This document shows, one piece after another, positions 46,911-57,550 of a stretch of DNA of 64,000 bases (position 1 is the stretch's first letter; each line of letters begins with the position of its first letter). Source of the stretch: Ranitomeya imitator (lineage: Eukaryota). Below the pieces are notes generated by a model. It saw only the letters and a list, made by a program, of their open reading frames with translations. It ran no database searches and was not told where the DNA came from. The DNA is taken from the NCBI RefSeq assembly GCF_032444005.1, contig NC_091283.1:313100001-313164000 (forward strand), read 5' to 3'. The translations under genes were made by a program, and so were the position numbers.

Positions 46911-49316
46911 CTATAAGAAGATGGATAAATCCACTCTATCATTAAACCCCAACGGACCCGTGGCGTTGCTACGCATGATCCATCTGGCCTCGCATTGTAG
47001 AAGCAAACCATTTAGATCTCCCCCCTTGGTAGGTAAATTAACCTTTTCAATACCAGCAAAGGTCATTGTATCCGCCCTCCCTCCATGCTGTTCTTTCATA
47101 TGGGTAATTAAACGCGGCACTCCTTTGCCTGTTACTAAAGACCTACAATGTTCCCGAAAGCGGATATATAGCGGTCTAATCGTTTTCCCTATGTAGAAAT
47201 ATCTGCACGGGCAAAAGATCACATATACAACGTGATCTGTTCGACATGTGATGAAATCCTTCACCGTATGTTCTAGTGCTCCTATATGTAATACTCGATC
47301 TAACATATGTTGTTTACAAAACGAGCAATGACCGCACTTGAAATTTCCCTTTGGTATCATTGTATTTAACCAACTTTGGCCCTGTTTCTTAATGCGATTT
47401 TGGACCAACCTGTCCTTTAGCCTGACACTGCGTCTATTTGCTATCACCGGACCTCTTGCTACTACATCCATAAGGTCTTTATCTCGACCCAAAATGTGCC
47501 AATTCTTTTTGATAGCCAATCTGATCTGCAGATCCATATTATTAAACGCAAAACAAAAGGTGAACCTCTTATCTGTCTGCTTTTTGCGACAAGACAACGA
47601 CTGCTTTTTATCCATCTTTCTCTCATCAGTGACCTCATTTTTAACTGTTTCCAGTAACTTACGTGGATATCCCCTTTGCTCAAATCTATGTAACATCTCT
47701 TCAGACTGTGATAGAAAACCCTCCTCAGTGTTATTAACTTTACTTACCCTCAAAAATTGGCTGCGAGGCAATGCTTTTTTCACATGTCCTGGGTGAAAAC
47801 TGTTAAAATGCATCATTGTGTTTGCTGCGACAGGTTTGCGAAACAAAGACGTACAAATTCCATCATGTTTGATCTCAACAAGAACGTCCAAAAATTCCAA
47901 CCGGCGTCCACCAAACACCGAAGTGAACGCCATATTCATCTCATTTTTGACATTCAGATGGTTTACAAACTCATTAAACTTTTCCTCTGTGTTGTCCCAG
48001 ATCACTACTATGTCATCGATATATCTCTGATAGAGTTTAATGTGACATAAAAAACCATTGCTATCCGAGTAAACATATTTCTCTTCGAATAAAGCCAAAA
48101 ACAAATTAGCAAAAGTACACGCTACCGGAGTACCCATCGCAGTGCCCACCTGTTGAATATACCAATCATCCAAAAACATAAACGCATTATGTGTGAGAAT
48201 AAATTCTAAACTCTCACAGACAAATTGTATAAATTCTTGACCTTTGTCTGTTGTGCACAAAATTTGTCTAATAGCCTCCACCCCCATTTTTTGGGGAATT
48301 TTAGTGTAAAGGCTTTCTACATCAATTGAGGCAAGAGAATAATGTTCCTGCCATTCAAAATTTTGAATACATTCTAAAAAGGACTTGGTATCCTTTAAAT
48401 ATGCTGGAACATCTTTCAGTAAAGGTCGAAGTAACCAATCGATGAACTGGGACAGGGGCTCAGTGAGCGACCCTATCCCAGCCACGATTGGTCGACCCGG
48501 TGGATGAATAACAGATTTGTGCACCTTAGGGATGTGGTACCAGTGGGGTTTGGATGGGTACTCCGGTAGCAACCTTTCCGCTTTTCTACGGGTAATTACT
48601 CCTGCTTCCACATGTCTTCTCAGAAGCGATCTTAATTCTGTCTTGAACTTTACCAACGGACTACTAGCTAATGGTAAATAAATTTCGTTATTCAACAACT
48701 GTCTTTCAGCTTTGGTGACATAATAGGATCTGGAGAGCAACACTATTTTACCCCCCTTGTCAGCGGCTCTTACAACTGTGTCCTCCCAAGAACAAATGTC
48801 TCGCATTGCTTTATTTTCGTCAACTGTTAGATTTTTCTGAGGTTTCTGATAAATGAGTGCTTCAACATCTTTGATAACCTGTGCCTCGAATAAATCCACT
48901 AAATTGCCCGGAGAGACTGGTGGCATAAATTTAGATGGAACTCCTCCTATAAAAGGGGTACTGATTTCATCATTATCGTTGGTATCCTCATTAATACCCA
49001 TTAGTAGTCTAGCATCTTCTCTGAAATCTGCTAGGGACCCCGTCCCAGCCATAAACCCCAAAGGGCCGATGGTGCACGGGATTTCTCCTTCGGGCACGGT
49101 ATCAATATCAACTTTATTAATAAAAGATTTGAACAGATGGATTTTCCGAATGGATTTAAATAAATCAATTTTAAATTCAGTCATATCGAAGTCTTGTGGG
49201 ATACAATACCCCAAACCTTTGGATAATAATGATAAATGTGCAGCAGTCAGAACATGATCGGACAGATTGATCACTGCATCTTCAGCTACTGGGCTCTGTC
49301 TTATTTCCGATTCCAA
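46911..49316 (-). CDS. PLE RT plus GIY-YIG endonuclease, intact (frame open from ~49406; no AUG near the start)
   Basis: ADKGG, GRPIV, SIDVESLYT, GTAMG, RYIDD; CGHCSFC linker; VVYVIFCPCRYFYIGKT GIY-YIG. Confidence 0.93.
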   Translation of the reverse strand: MESEIRQSPVAEDAVINLSDHVLTAAHLSLLSKGLGYCIPQDFDMTEFKIDLFKSIRKIHLFKSFINKVDIDTVPEGEIPCTIGPLGFMAGTGSLADFREDARLLMGINEDTNDNDEISTPFIGGVPSKFMPPVSPGNLVDLFEAQVIKDVEALIYQKPQKNLTVDENKAMRDICSWEDTVVRAADKGGKIVLLSRSYYVTKAERQLLNNEIYLPLASSPLVKFKTELRSLLRRHVEAGVITRRKAERLLPEYPSKPHWYHIPKVHKSVIHPPGRPIVAGIGSLTEPLSQFIDWLLRPLLKDVPAYLKDTKSFLECIQNFEWQEHYSLASIDVESLYTKIPQKMGVEAIRQILCTTDKGQEFIQFVCESLEFILTHNAFMFLDDWYIQQVGTAMGTPVACTFANLFLALFEEKYVYSDSNGFLCHIKLYQRYIDDIVVIWDNTEEKFNEFVNHLNVKNEMNMAFTSVFGGRRLEFLDVLVEIKHDGICTSLFRKPVAANTMMHFNSFHPGHVKKALPRSQFLRVSKVNNTEEGFLSQSEEMLHRFEQRGYPRKLLETVKNEVTDERKMDKKQSLSCRKKQTDKRFTFCFAFNNMDLQIRLAIKKNWHILGRDKDLMDVVARGPVIANRRSVRLKDRLVQNRIKKQGQSWLNTMIPKGNFKCGHCSFCKQHMLDRVLHIGALEHTVKDFITCRTDHVVYVIFCPCRYFYIGKTIRPLYIRFREHCRSLVTGKGVPRLITHMKEQHGGRADTMTFAGIEKVNLPTKGGDLNGLLLQCEARWIMRSNATGPLGFNDRVDLSIFL

Positions 49317-49867
49317 GCCACATGTTTCCTCTTTTGTTGTTTGTTCCCACCTTCTCTTCTTTCTACCCCTCCTGATCTTCCTCCTAAAGGGGTCGATATA
49401 TTCACATTATCGCTTGTGGTGGGTAATAGCTCTAACGAACTGGTGGACATCCCAGCCCCTTCACTCATGCTTGATTCGGATTCTGTGGTCAAGTAGTCTC
49501 TTCTTTGGTGCTGATTTTTATAAACACTCTTTTTTCTCCACCGAGGATTAGATCTACCTCCTCCAATGCTTTCTTTAGCGCTAGACCAATTAAAAATGCG
49601 ACCCGTATCAAAATCAATCTTGTCGCGAACAAATTTGTCGCGTTTCCTCTGTTTCACATTAATCTGTATAGGGGTTAATTTGCTTTTTAATTTTTTATTA
49701 AAGTCAGTCCATTGATTTGTTGATAGTCTAGATTTTAACTCCGTCTGTGTTTTGTAACATAGTAACATAGTAACATAGTTAGTAAGGCCGAAAAAAGACA
49801 TTTGTCCATCCAGTTCAGCCTATATTCCATCATAATAAATCCCCAGATCTACGTCCTTCTACAGAAC

Positions 49868-52720
49868 CTAATAATTGTATGATACAATATTGTTCTGCTC
49901 CAGGAAGACATCCAGGCCTCTCTTGAACCCCTCGACTGAGTTCGCCATCACCACCTCCTCAGGCAAGCAATTCCAGATTCTCACTGCCCTAACAGTAAAG
50001 AATCCTCTTCTATGTTGGTGGAAAAACCTTCTCTCCTCCAGACGCAAAGAATGGCCCCTTGTGCCCGTCACCTTCCTTGGTATAAACAGATCCTCAGCGA
50101 GATATTTGTATTGTCCCCTTATATACTTATACATGGTTATTAGATCGCCCCTCAGTCGTCTTTTTTCTAGACTAAATAATCCTAATTTCGCTAATCTATC
50201 TGGGTATTGTAGTTCTCCCATCCCCTTTATTAATTTTGTTGCCCTCCTTTGTACTCTCTCTAGTTCCATTATATCCTTCATGAGCACCGGTGCCCAAAAC
50301 TGGACACAGTACTCCATGTGCGGTCTAACTAGGGATTTGTACAGAGGCAGTATAATGCTCTCATCATGTGTATCCAGACCTCTTTTAATGCACCCCATGA
50401 TCCTGTTTGCCTTGGCAGCTGCTGCCTGGCACTGGCTGCTCCAGGTAAGTTTATCATTAACTAGGATCCCCAAGTCCTTCTCCCTGTCAGATTTACCCAG
50501 TGGTTTCCCATTCAGTGTGTAATGGTGATATTGATTCCTTCTTCCCATGTGTATAACCTTACATTTATCATTGTTAAACCTCATCTGCCACCTTTCAGCC
50601 CAAGTTTCCAACTTATCCAGATCCATCTGTAGCAGAATACTATCTTCTCTTGTATTAACTGCTTTACATAGTTTTGTATCATCTGCAAATATCGATATTT
50701 TACTGTGTAAACCCTCTACCAGATCATTAATGAATATGTTGAAGAGAACAGGTCCCAATACCGACCCCTGCGGTACCCCACTGGTCACAGCGACCCAGTT
50801 AGAGACTATACCATTTATAACCACCCTCTGCTTTCTATCACTAAGCCAGTTACTAACCCATTTACACACATTTTCCCCCAGACCAAGCATTCTCATTTTG
50901 TGTACCAACCTCTTGTGCGGCACGGTATCAAACGCTTTGGAAAAATCGAGATATACCACGTCCAATGACTCACCGTGGTCCAGCCTATAGCTTACCTCTT
51001 CATAAAAACTGATTAGATTGGTTTGACAGGAGCGATTTCTCATAAACCCATGCTGATATGGAGTTAAACAGTTATTCTCATTGAGATAATCCAGAATAAC
51101 ATCCCTCAGAAACCCTTCAAATATTTTACCAACAATAGAGGTTAGAGTTACTGGCCTATAATTTCCAGGTTCACTTTTAGAGCCCTTTTTGAATATTGGC
51201 ACCACATTTGCTATGCGCCAGTCCTGCGGAACAGATCCTGTCGCTATAGAGTCCCTAAAAATAAGAAATAATGGTTTATCTATTACATTACTTAGTTCCC
51301 TTAGTACTCGTGGGTGTATGCCATCCGGACCCGGAGATTTATCTATTTTAATCTTATTTAGCCGATTTCGCACCTCTTCTTGGGTTAGATTGGTGACCCT
51401 TAATATAGGGTTTTCATTGTTTCTTGGGATTTCACCTAGCATTTCATTTTCCACCGTGAATACCGTGGAGAAGAAGGTGTTTAATATGTTAGCTTTTTCC
51501 TCGTCATCTACAACCATTCTTTCCTCACTATTTTTTAAGGGGCCTACATTTTCAGTTTTTATTCTTTTACTATTGATATAGTTGAAGAACAGTTTGGGAT
51601 TAGTTTTACTCTCCTTAGCAATGTGCTTCTCTGTTTCCTTTTTGGCAGCTTTAATTAGTTTTTTAGATAAAGTATTTTTCTCCCTATAGTTTTTTAGAGC
51701 TTCAATGGTGCCATCCTGCTTTAGTAGTGCAAATGCTTTCTTTTTACTGTTAATTGCCTGTCTTACTTCTTTGTTTAGCCACATTGGGTTTTTCCTATTT
51801 CTAGTCCTTTTATTCCCACAAGGTATAAACCGCTTACACTGCCTATTTAGGATGTTCTTAAACATTTCCCATTTATTATCTGTATTCTTATTTCTGAGGA
51901 TATTGTCCCAGTCTACCAGATTAAGGGCATCTCTAAGCTGGTCAAACTTTGCCTTCCTAAAGTTCAGTGTTTTTGTGACTCCCTGACAAGTCCCCCTAGT
52001 GAAAGACAGGTGAAACTGTACAATATTGTGGTCGCTATTTCCTAGATGCCCAACCACCTGCAGATTTGCTATTCTGTCAGGTCTATTAGATAGTATTAGG
52101 TCTAAAAGTGCTGCTCCTCTGGTTGGATTCTGCACCAATTGTGAAAGATAATTTTTCTTGGTTATTAGCAGAAACCTGTTGCCTTTATGGGTTTCACAGG
52201 TTTCTGTTTCCCAGTTAATATCCGGGTAGTTAAAGTCCCCCATAACCAGGACCTCATTATGGGTTGCAGCTTCATCTATCTGCTTTAGAAGTAGACTTTC
52301 CATGGTTTCTGTTATATTTGGGGGTTTGTAACAGACCCCAATGAGAATTTTGTTACCATTTTTCCCTCCATGAATTTCGACCCATATGGACTCGACATCC
52401 TCATTTCCTTCGCTAATATCCTCCCTTAAAGTGGACTTTAGACAAGACTTTACATAGAGACAAACCCCTCCTCCTCTCCGATTTTTACGATCCTTTCTAA
52501 ACAGACTGTAACCCTGTAAGTTAACTGCCCAGTCATAGCTTTCATCTAACCATGTCTCGGTTATTCCCACTATGTCAAAGTTACCTGTAGATATTTCTGC
52601 TTCTAGTTCTTCCATCTTGTTTGTCAGGCTTCTGGCGTTTGCGAGCATGCAGTTTAGAGGATTTTGTTTTGTTCCAATCTCCTCGCTGTGGATTGCTTTA
52701 GAAATGTTCTTACCTCCCAT
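49868..52720 (-). CDS. CR1 ORF2 (APE plus RT), ~950 aa from the ATG at 52720
   Basis: LANARSL, ITETW, VMGDFN, SDHNI; [17 protein letters not shown]; no stops. Confidence 0.93.
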   Translation of the reverse strand: MGGKNISKAIHSEEIGTKQNPLNCMLANARSLTNKMEELEAEISTGNFDIVGITETWLDESYDWAVNLQGYSLFRKDRKNRRGGGVCLYVKSCLKSTLREDISEGNEDVESIWVEIHGGKNGNKILIGVCYKPPNITETMESLLLKQIDEAATHNEVLVMGDFNYPDINWETETCETHKGNRFLLITKKNYLSQLVQNPTRGAALLDLILSNRPDRIANLQVVGHLGNSDHNIVQFHLSFTRGTCQGVTKTLNFRKAKFDQLRDALNLVDWDNILRNKNTDNKWEMFKNILNRQCKRFIPCGNKRTRNRKNPMWLNKEVRQAINSKKKAFALLKQDGTIEALKNYREKNTLSKKLIKAAKKETEKHIAKESKTNPKLFFNYINSKRIKTENVGPLKNSEERMVVDDEEKANILNTFFSTVFTVENEMLGEIPRNNENPILRVTNLTQEEVRNRLNKIKIDKSPGPDGIHPRVLRELSNVIDKPLFLIFRDSIATGSVPQDWRIANVVPIFKKGSKSEPGNYRPVTLTSIVGKIFEGFLRDVILDYLNENNCLTPYQHGFMRNRSCQTNLISFYEEVSYRLDHGESLDVVYLDFSKAFDTVPHKRLVHKMRMLGLGENVCKWVSNWLSDRKQRVVINGIVSNWVAVTSGVPQGSVLGPVLFNIFINDLVEGLHSKISIFADDTKLCKAVNTREDSILLQMDLDKLETWAERWQMRFNNDKCKVIHMGRRNQYHHYTLNGKPLGKSDREKDLGILVNDKLTWSSQCQAAAAKANRIMGCIKRGLDTHDESIILPLYKSLVRPHMEYCVQFWAPVLMKDIMELERVQRRATKLIKGMGELQYPDRLAKLGLFSLEKRRLRGDLITMYKYIRGQYKYLAEDLFIPRKVTGTRGHSLRLEERRFFHQHRRGFFTVRAVRIWNCLPEEVVMANSVEGFKRGLDVFLEQNNIVSYNY

Positions 52721-52785
52721 CTGAGTATGTTTTCCTGGGTCTTCTTTGTTCAAGTCTAATGTTTTTCTTCCCGTCCCCTCTTCTT

Positions 52786-53739
52786 CTAGTTTAACGCCCT
52801 CCTGATGAGTGTAGCGAGTCTTCTGGCGAATGTGTGTTTCCCAGGTTTGTTGAGGTGTAGTCCATCTCTGGCGAGGAGTCCATCGTACCAGTAATTCACA
52901 CCGTGGTCCAGGAATCCGAATCCTTGTTGTCTGCACCATCGTCTTAGCCAGTTGTTTGCATCAAGGATCCTGTTCCATCTCCTGGTGCCATGCCCGTCTA
53001 CTGGAAGGATAGAAGAAAAAACTACCTGTGCATCCAGTTCCTTTACTTTCTTCCCCAACTCTTCAAAGTCTTTGCAGATTGTCGGTAGGTCTTTCCTTGC
53101 CGTGTCATTGGTGCCAACATGTATCAGAAGAAATGGGTGGACGTCCTTGGAGCTGAAGAGCTTTGGTATCCTATCGGCCACATCCTTGATCATCGCACCT
53201 GGAAGGCAGCATACTTCTCTTGCAGTTATGTCCGGTCTGCAGATGGCTGCTTCTGTGCCTCTCAGTAGTGAGTCTCCCACCACCACCACTCTTCGTTGCT
53301 TCTTGGCTGTACTTTTTGCTGTCACTTGTTGATGTGTGCCCTTTTCTTTTTTGCTTGCTGGTATTGCTTCATCCTTAGGTGTGCCATCTTCATCCTCTAC
53401 AAAGATTTGATATCGGTTCTTCAGTTGTGTGGTTGGTGATTTCTCCATGGTCTTCTTGCTTCTTTTGGTCACATGCTTCCACTCATCTGCTTTTGGAGGT
53501 TCTCTGACACTTTTTTCACCTTCTGTGACCAGTAGAGATGCTTCTGTTCTGTCTAGAAAGTCTTCATTCTCTTTGATGAGTTTCAAAGTTGCTATTCTTT
53601 CTTCCAGACCCCGCACCTTTTCTTCTAAAAGGGCCACTAGTCTACACTTCTGACAGGTGAAATTTGATTCTTCTTCTGGTCGGTCTGTGAACATGTAGCA
53701 CATGCTGCAGCTCACCATGTAGGTTGTCACATCTGCCAT
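52786..53739 (-). CDS. CR1 ORF1 (zinc-finger-like N-terminus plus SGNH esterase-like domain), 317 aa
   Basis: CSMC...CQKC, coiled coil, VVVGDSLLRG, HVGTND, DGLHL. Confidence 0.9.
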   Translation of the reverse strand: MADVTTYMVSCSMCYMFTDRPEEESNFTCQKCRLVALLEEKVRGLEERIATLKLIKENEDFLDRTEASLLVTEGEKSVREPPKADEWKHVTKRSKKTMEKSPTTQLKNRYQIFVEDEDGTPKDEAIPASKKEKGTHQQVTAKSTAKKQRRVVVVGDSLLRGTEAAICRPDITAREVCCLPGAMIKDVADRIPKLFSSKDVHPFLLIHVGTNDTARKDLPTICKDFEELGKKVKELDAQVVFSSILPVDGHGTRRWNRILDANNWLRRWCRQQGFGFLDHGVNYWYDGLLARDGLHLNKPGKHTFARRLATLIRRALN

Positions 53740-53844
53740 GTTGCTCCTAGATCCTGACTTGCTGTGTGTTTTCCTTCTTGTGTAATCTACTCAGCCAAGC
53801 TCTCTTGCAATAATATCCTACAGGCAAAAATTCTTACGGCGCGC

Positions 53845-54347
53845 GGTTTGGCGATGCTTTCCAAGCAGCTGGTCCCGGCTGTACCCAACGATCTTCTAGC
53901 TTAGGGAGACTTCGCTTTTCCCAGAAGGCACCTGGAATATGCAAATTAGCCTCCTCAAGCTTGAATCCCTGGTTTGGCGATGCTTTCCAAGCAGCTGGTC
54001 CCGGCTGTACCCAACGATCTTCTAGCTTAGGGAGACTTCGCTTTTCCCAGAAGGCACCTGGAATATGCAAATTAGCCTCCTCAAGCTTGAATCCCTGGTT
54101 TGGCGATGCTTTCCAAGCAGCTGGTCCCGGCTGTACCCAACGATCTTCTAGCTTAGGGAGACTTCGCTTTTCCCAGAAGGCACCTGGAATATGCAAATTA
54201 GCCTCCTCAAGCTTGAATCCCTGGTTTGGCGATGCTTTCCAAGCAGCTGGTCCCGGCTGTACCCAACGATCTTCTAGCTTAGGGAGACTTCGCTTTTCCC
54301 AGAAGGCACCTGGAATATGCAAATTTGCCTCCTCAAGCTTGAATCCC
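53845..54347 (-). promoter_or_regulatory. Four tandem 126-bp monomers forming the CR1 5' end, with ATGCAAAT octamer motifs
   Basis: 42-codon periodicity in ORF 53834-54433; GAATATGCAAAT in each unit; promoter role is inferred. Confidence 0.7.
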
Positions 54348-55084
54348 TTGTTCATCTCACTGTTTAAAGCATCATAATTTTTCATGTTATTTTTTAAAAC
54401 CAAAGCCAACAAATCTTGCGAGCACTTTAGCATAATGCTCTCCCATTCTTTGCGAAAAACTGCATCATCGCTGTGTTGAGAAATCTGCTTCCAGACTCTC
54501 AGTCCTCGTGGGACTCTTCCATTATCACAATACGATTTTAAGGATTTATTAGTCTAAAATAACTTAATCTCCTTTTCAGCCAAATTAGTCATTTTCAGTT
54601 CCAGCGCTTTAGTGCTTAATGACTGTATTCCCTCCACCTGCTCACACTCCAAGAAATAGCTGTCCACATCTTCACGGCCTGCTTGTAATCCCACTAAGGG
54701 CAGTGAAGCTGCTGTGTCCATATGCTCCATTTACTTCACAGATCGTATATGCACAGTCTATAGGTAAATGCCTCAAGCGTGCTCACCTCGTGAAAAAACC
54801 GTACAAATAAGTCCAAATAAAGAAAAATTACGGGTGGCACAGCTTGTCCACCGCATAGAGTCTCCACCGATATAGACAGCGTGCTGATCAGACACAAAGA
54901 ACCACAGCTATCGACCTCCTGACTCGGGTGCTCCTTTTACAAGAAAACCATACAGTCCATAGATGAGAAGAAATAAGGGCACTCACCAATCTTCACAGGA
55001 TTCGATACTTTATTAACAAGATCTTCACATAAAAATCATGGCCGGAACCTACAGCGGTACAGCTTGTGTGAGCAGGGGAGCGTC

Positions 55085-55129
55085 TGGACGACGGCCGTTT
55101 CGCGCTGTGCCTGCGCTTCTACGGGTCCA
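55085..55129 (-). ncRNA. Hammerhead-like motif, pLTR copy
   Basis: Same fold with intact ACGGCCGT palindrome. Confidence 0.55.
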
Positions 55130-55404
55130 TCAGCGATCAGGTGAGGCAGCGGAAATATAGCGCAGACAAAGCTGCACCTCCCCTCTTCAGCTGCCCGCCC
55201 CTCCCGCTCATAAAAACAATACATTTAAAAGCACATTTAAAAAAACATAGATTAAATGCAAAATACATGAAAATACATGAAAGCGCCGAAATTGCAATAT
55301 ATTTGGCTTACAGCGAATGATACAAGGTAACTTTTTTGCTAATTGTTGGGAGCTCTAATGCTGCTGAATATATAGTGAGATCTCATCTGCTGATGAAACT
55401 TTTA

Positions 55405-57550
55405 CTATAAGAAGATGGATAAATCCACTCTATCATTAAACCCCAACGGACCCGTGGCGTTGCTACGCATGATCCATCTGGCCTCGCATTGTAGAAGCAA
55501 ACCATTTAGATCTCCCCCCTTGGTAGGTAAATTAACCTTTTCAATACCAGCAAAGGTCATTGTATCCGCCCTCCCTCCATGCTGTTCTTTCATATGGGTA
55601 ATTAAACGCGGCACTCCTTTGCCTGTTACTAAAGACCTACAATGTTCCCGAAAGCGGATATATAGCGGTCTAATCGTTTTCCCTATGTAGAAATATCTGC
55701 ACGGCAAAAGATCACATATACAACGTGATCTGTTCGACATGTGATGAAATCCTTCACCGTATGTTCTAGTGCTCCTATATGTAATACTCGATCTAACATA
55801 TGTTGTTTACAAAACGAGCAATGACCGCACTTGAAATTTCCCTTTGGTGTCATTGTATTTAACCAACTTTGGCCCTGTTTCTTAATGAGATTTTGGACCA
55901 ACCTGTCCTTTAGCCTGACACTGCGTCTATTTGCTATCACCGGACCTCTTGCTACTACATCCATAAGGTCTTTATCTCGACCCAAAATGTGCCAATTCTT
56001 TTTGATAGCCAATCTGATCTGCTGATCCATATTATTAAACGCAAAACAAAAGGTGAACCTCTTATCTGTCTGCTTTTTGCGACAAGACGACTGCTTTTTA
56101 TCCATCTTTCTCTCATCAGTGACCTCATTTTTAACTGTTTCCAGTAACTTACGTGGATATCCCCTTTGCTCAAATCTATGTAACATCTCTTCAGACTGTG
56201 ATAGAAAACCCTCCTCAGTGTTATTAACTTTACTTACCCTCAAAAATTGGCTGCAAGGCAATGCTTTTTTCACATGTCCTGGGTGAAAACTGTTAAAATG
56301 CATCATTGTGTTTGCCGCGACAGGTTTGCGAAACAAAGACGTACAAATTCCATCATGTTTGATCTCAACAAGAACGTCCAAAAATTCCAACCGGCGTCCA
56401 CCAAACACCGAAGTGAACGCCATATTCATCTCATTTTTGACATTCAGATGGTTTACAAACTCATTAAACTTTTCCTCTGTGTTGTCCCAGATCACTACTA
56501 TGTCATCGATATATCTCTGATAGAGTTTAATGTGACATAAAAAACCATTGCTATCCGAGTAAACATATTTCTCTTCGAATAAAGCCAAAAACAAATTAGC
56601 AAAAGTACACGCTACCGGAGTACCCATCGCAGTGCCCACCTGTTGAATATACCAATCATCCAAAAACATAAACGCATTATGTGTGAGAATAAATTCTAAA
56701 CTCTCACAGACAAATTGTATAAATTCTTGACCTTTGTCTGTTGTGCACAAAATTTGTCTAATAGCCTCCACCCCCATTTTTTTGGGAATTTTAGTGTAAA
56801 GGCTTTCTACATCAATTGAGGCAAGAGAATAATGTTCCTGCCATTCAAAATTTTGAATACATTCTAAAAAGGACTTGGTATCCTTTAAATATGCTGGAAC
56901 ATCTTTCAGTAAAGGTCGAAGTAACCAATCAATGAACTGGGACAGGGGCTCAGTGAGCGACCCTATCCCAGCCACGATTGGTCGACCCGGTGGATGAATA
57001 ACAGATTTGTGCACCTTAGGGATGTGGTACCAGTGGGGTTTGGATGGGTACTCCGGTAGCAACCTTTCCGCTTTTCTACGGGTAATTACTCCTGCTTCCA
57101 CATGTCTTCTCAGAAGCGATCTTAATTCTGTCTTGAACTTTACCAACGGACTACTAGCTAATGATAAATAAATTTCGTTATTCAACAACTGTCTTTCAGC
57201 TTCGGCGACATAATAGGATCTGGAGAGCAACACTATTTTACCCCCCTTGTCAGCGGCTCTTACAACTGTGTCCTCCCAAGAACAAATGTCTCGCATTGCT
57301 TTATTTTCATCAACTGTTAGATTTTTCTGAGGTTTCTGATAAATGAGTGCTTCAACATCTTTGATAACCTGTGCCTCGAATAAATCCACTAAATTGCCCG
57401 GAGAGACTGGTGGCATAAATTTAGATGGAACTCCTCCTATAAAAGGGGTACTGATTTCATCATTATCGTTGGTATCCTCATTAATACCCATTAGTAGTCT
57501 AGCATCTTCTCTGAAATCTGCTAGGGACCCCGTCCCAGCCATAAACCCCA
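55405..57550 (-). pseudogene. 5'-truncated PLE RT-EN copy with a 1-bp frameshift near 55703
   Basis: ORF pieces 55683-57551 and 55405-55740 are nearly identical to the intact copies. Confidence 0.9.

Larger units (their letters stand above)
49756..54347 (-). mobile_element. Full-length intact CR1 LINE (4592 bp) inserted in PLE ORF1
   Basis: TTGT duplicated at 49752-49755 and 54348-54351; (TAACATAG)n 3' tail; two intact ORFs; tandem 5' UTR monomers. Confidence 0.95.
49301..54730 (-). pseudogene. PLE ORF1, complete copy split by the CR1 insertion; in-frame TAG at codon 59
   Basis: ATG 54730 (MEHMDTAAS...), TAG 54554-54556, VPRGLR motif; resumes at 49755 after the CR1. Confidence 0.7.

Noticed and set aside
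46911-49316. Selenocysteine recoding as reported for some PLE clades
   Set aside because: No in-frame TGA in either intact RT-EN frame.
49875-51986. Plus-strand ORFs of 90-215 aa opposite CR1 ORF2 (and similar antisense ORFs over Gypsy, L2 and PLE)
   Set aside because: Antisense shadows of long coding frames with no recognisable motifs.
53834-54433. 199-aa ORF with a 42-aa repeat
   Set aside because: It is a chance fusion of PLE ORF1 with the translated 126-bp CR1 5' UTR monomers.
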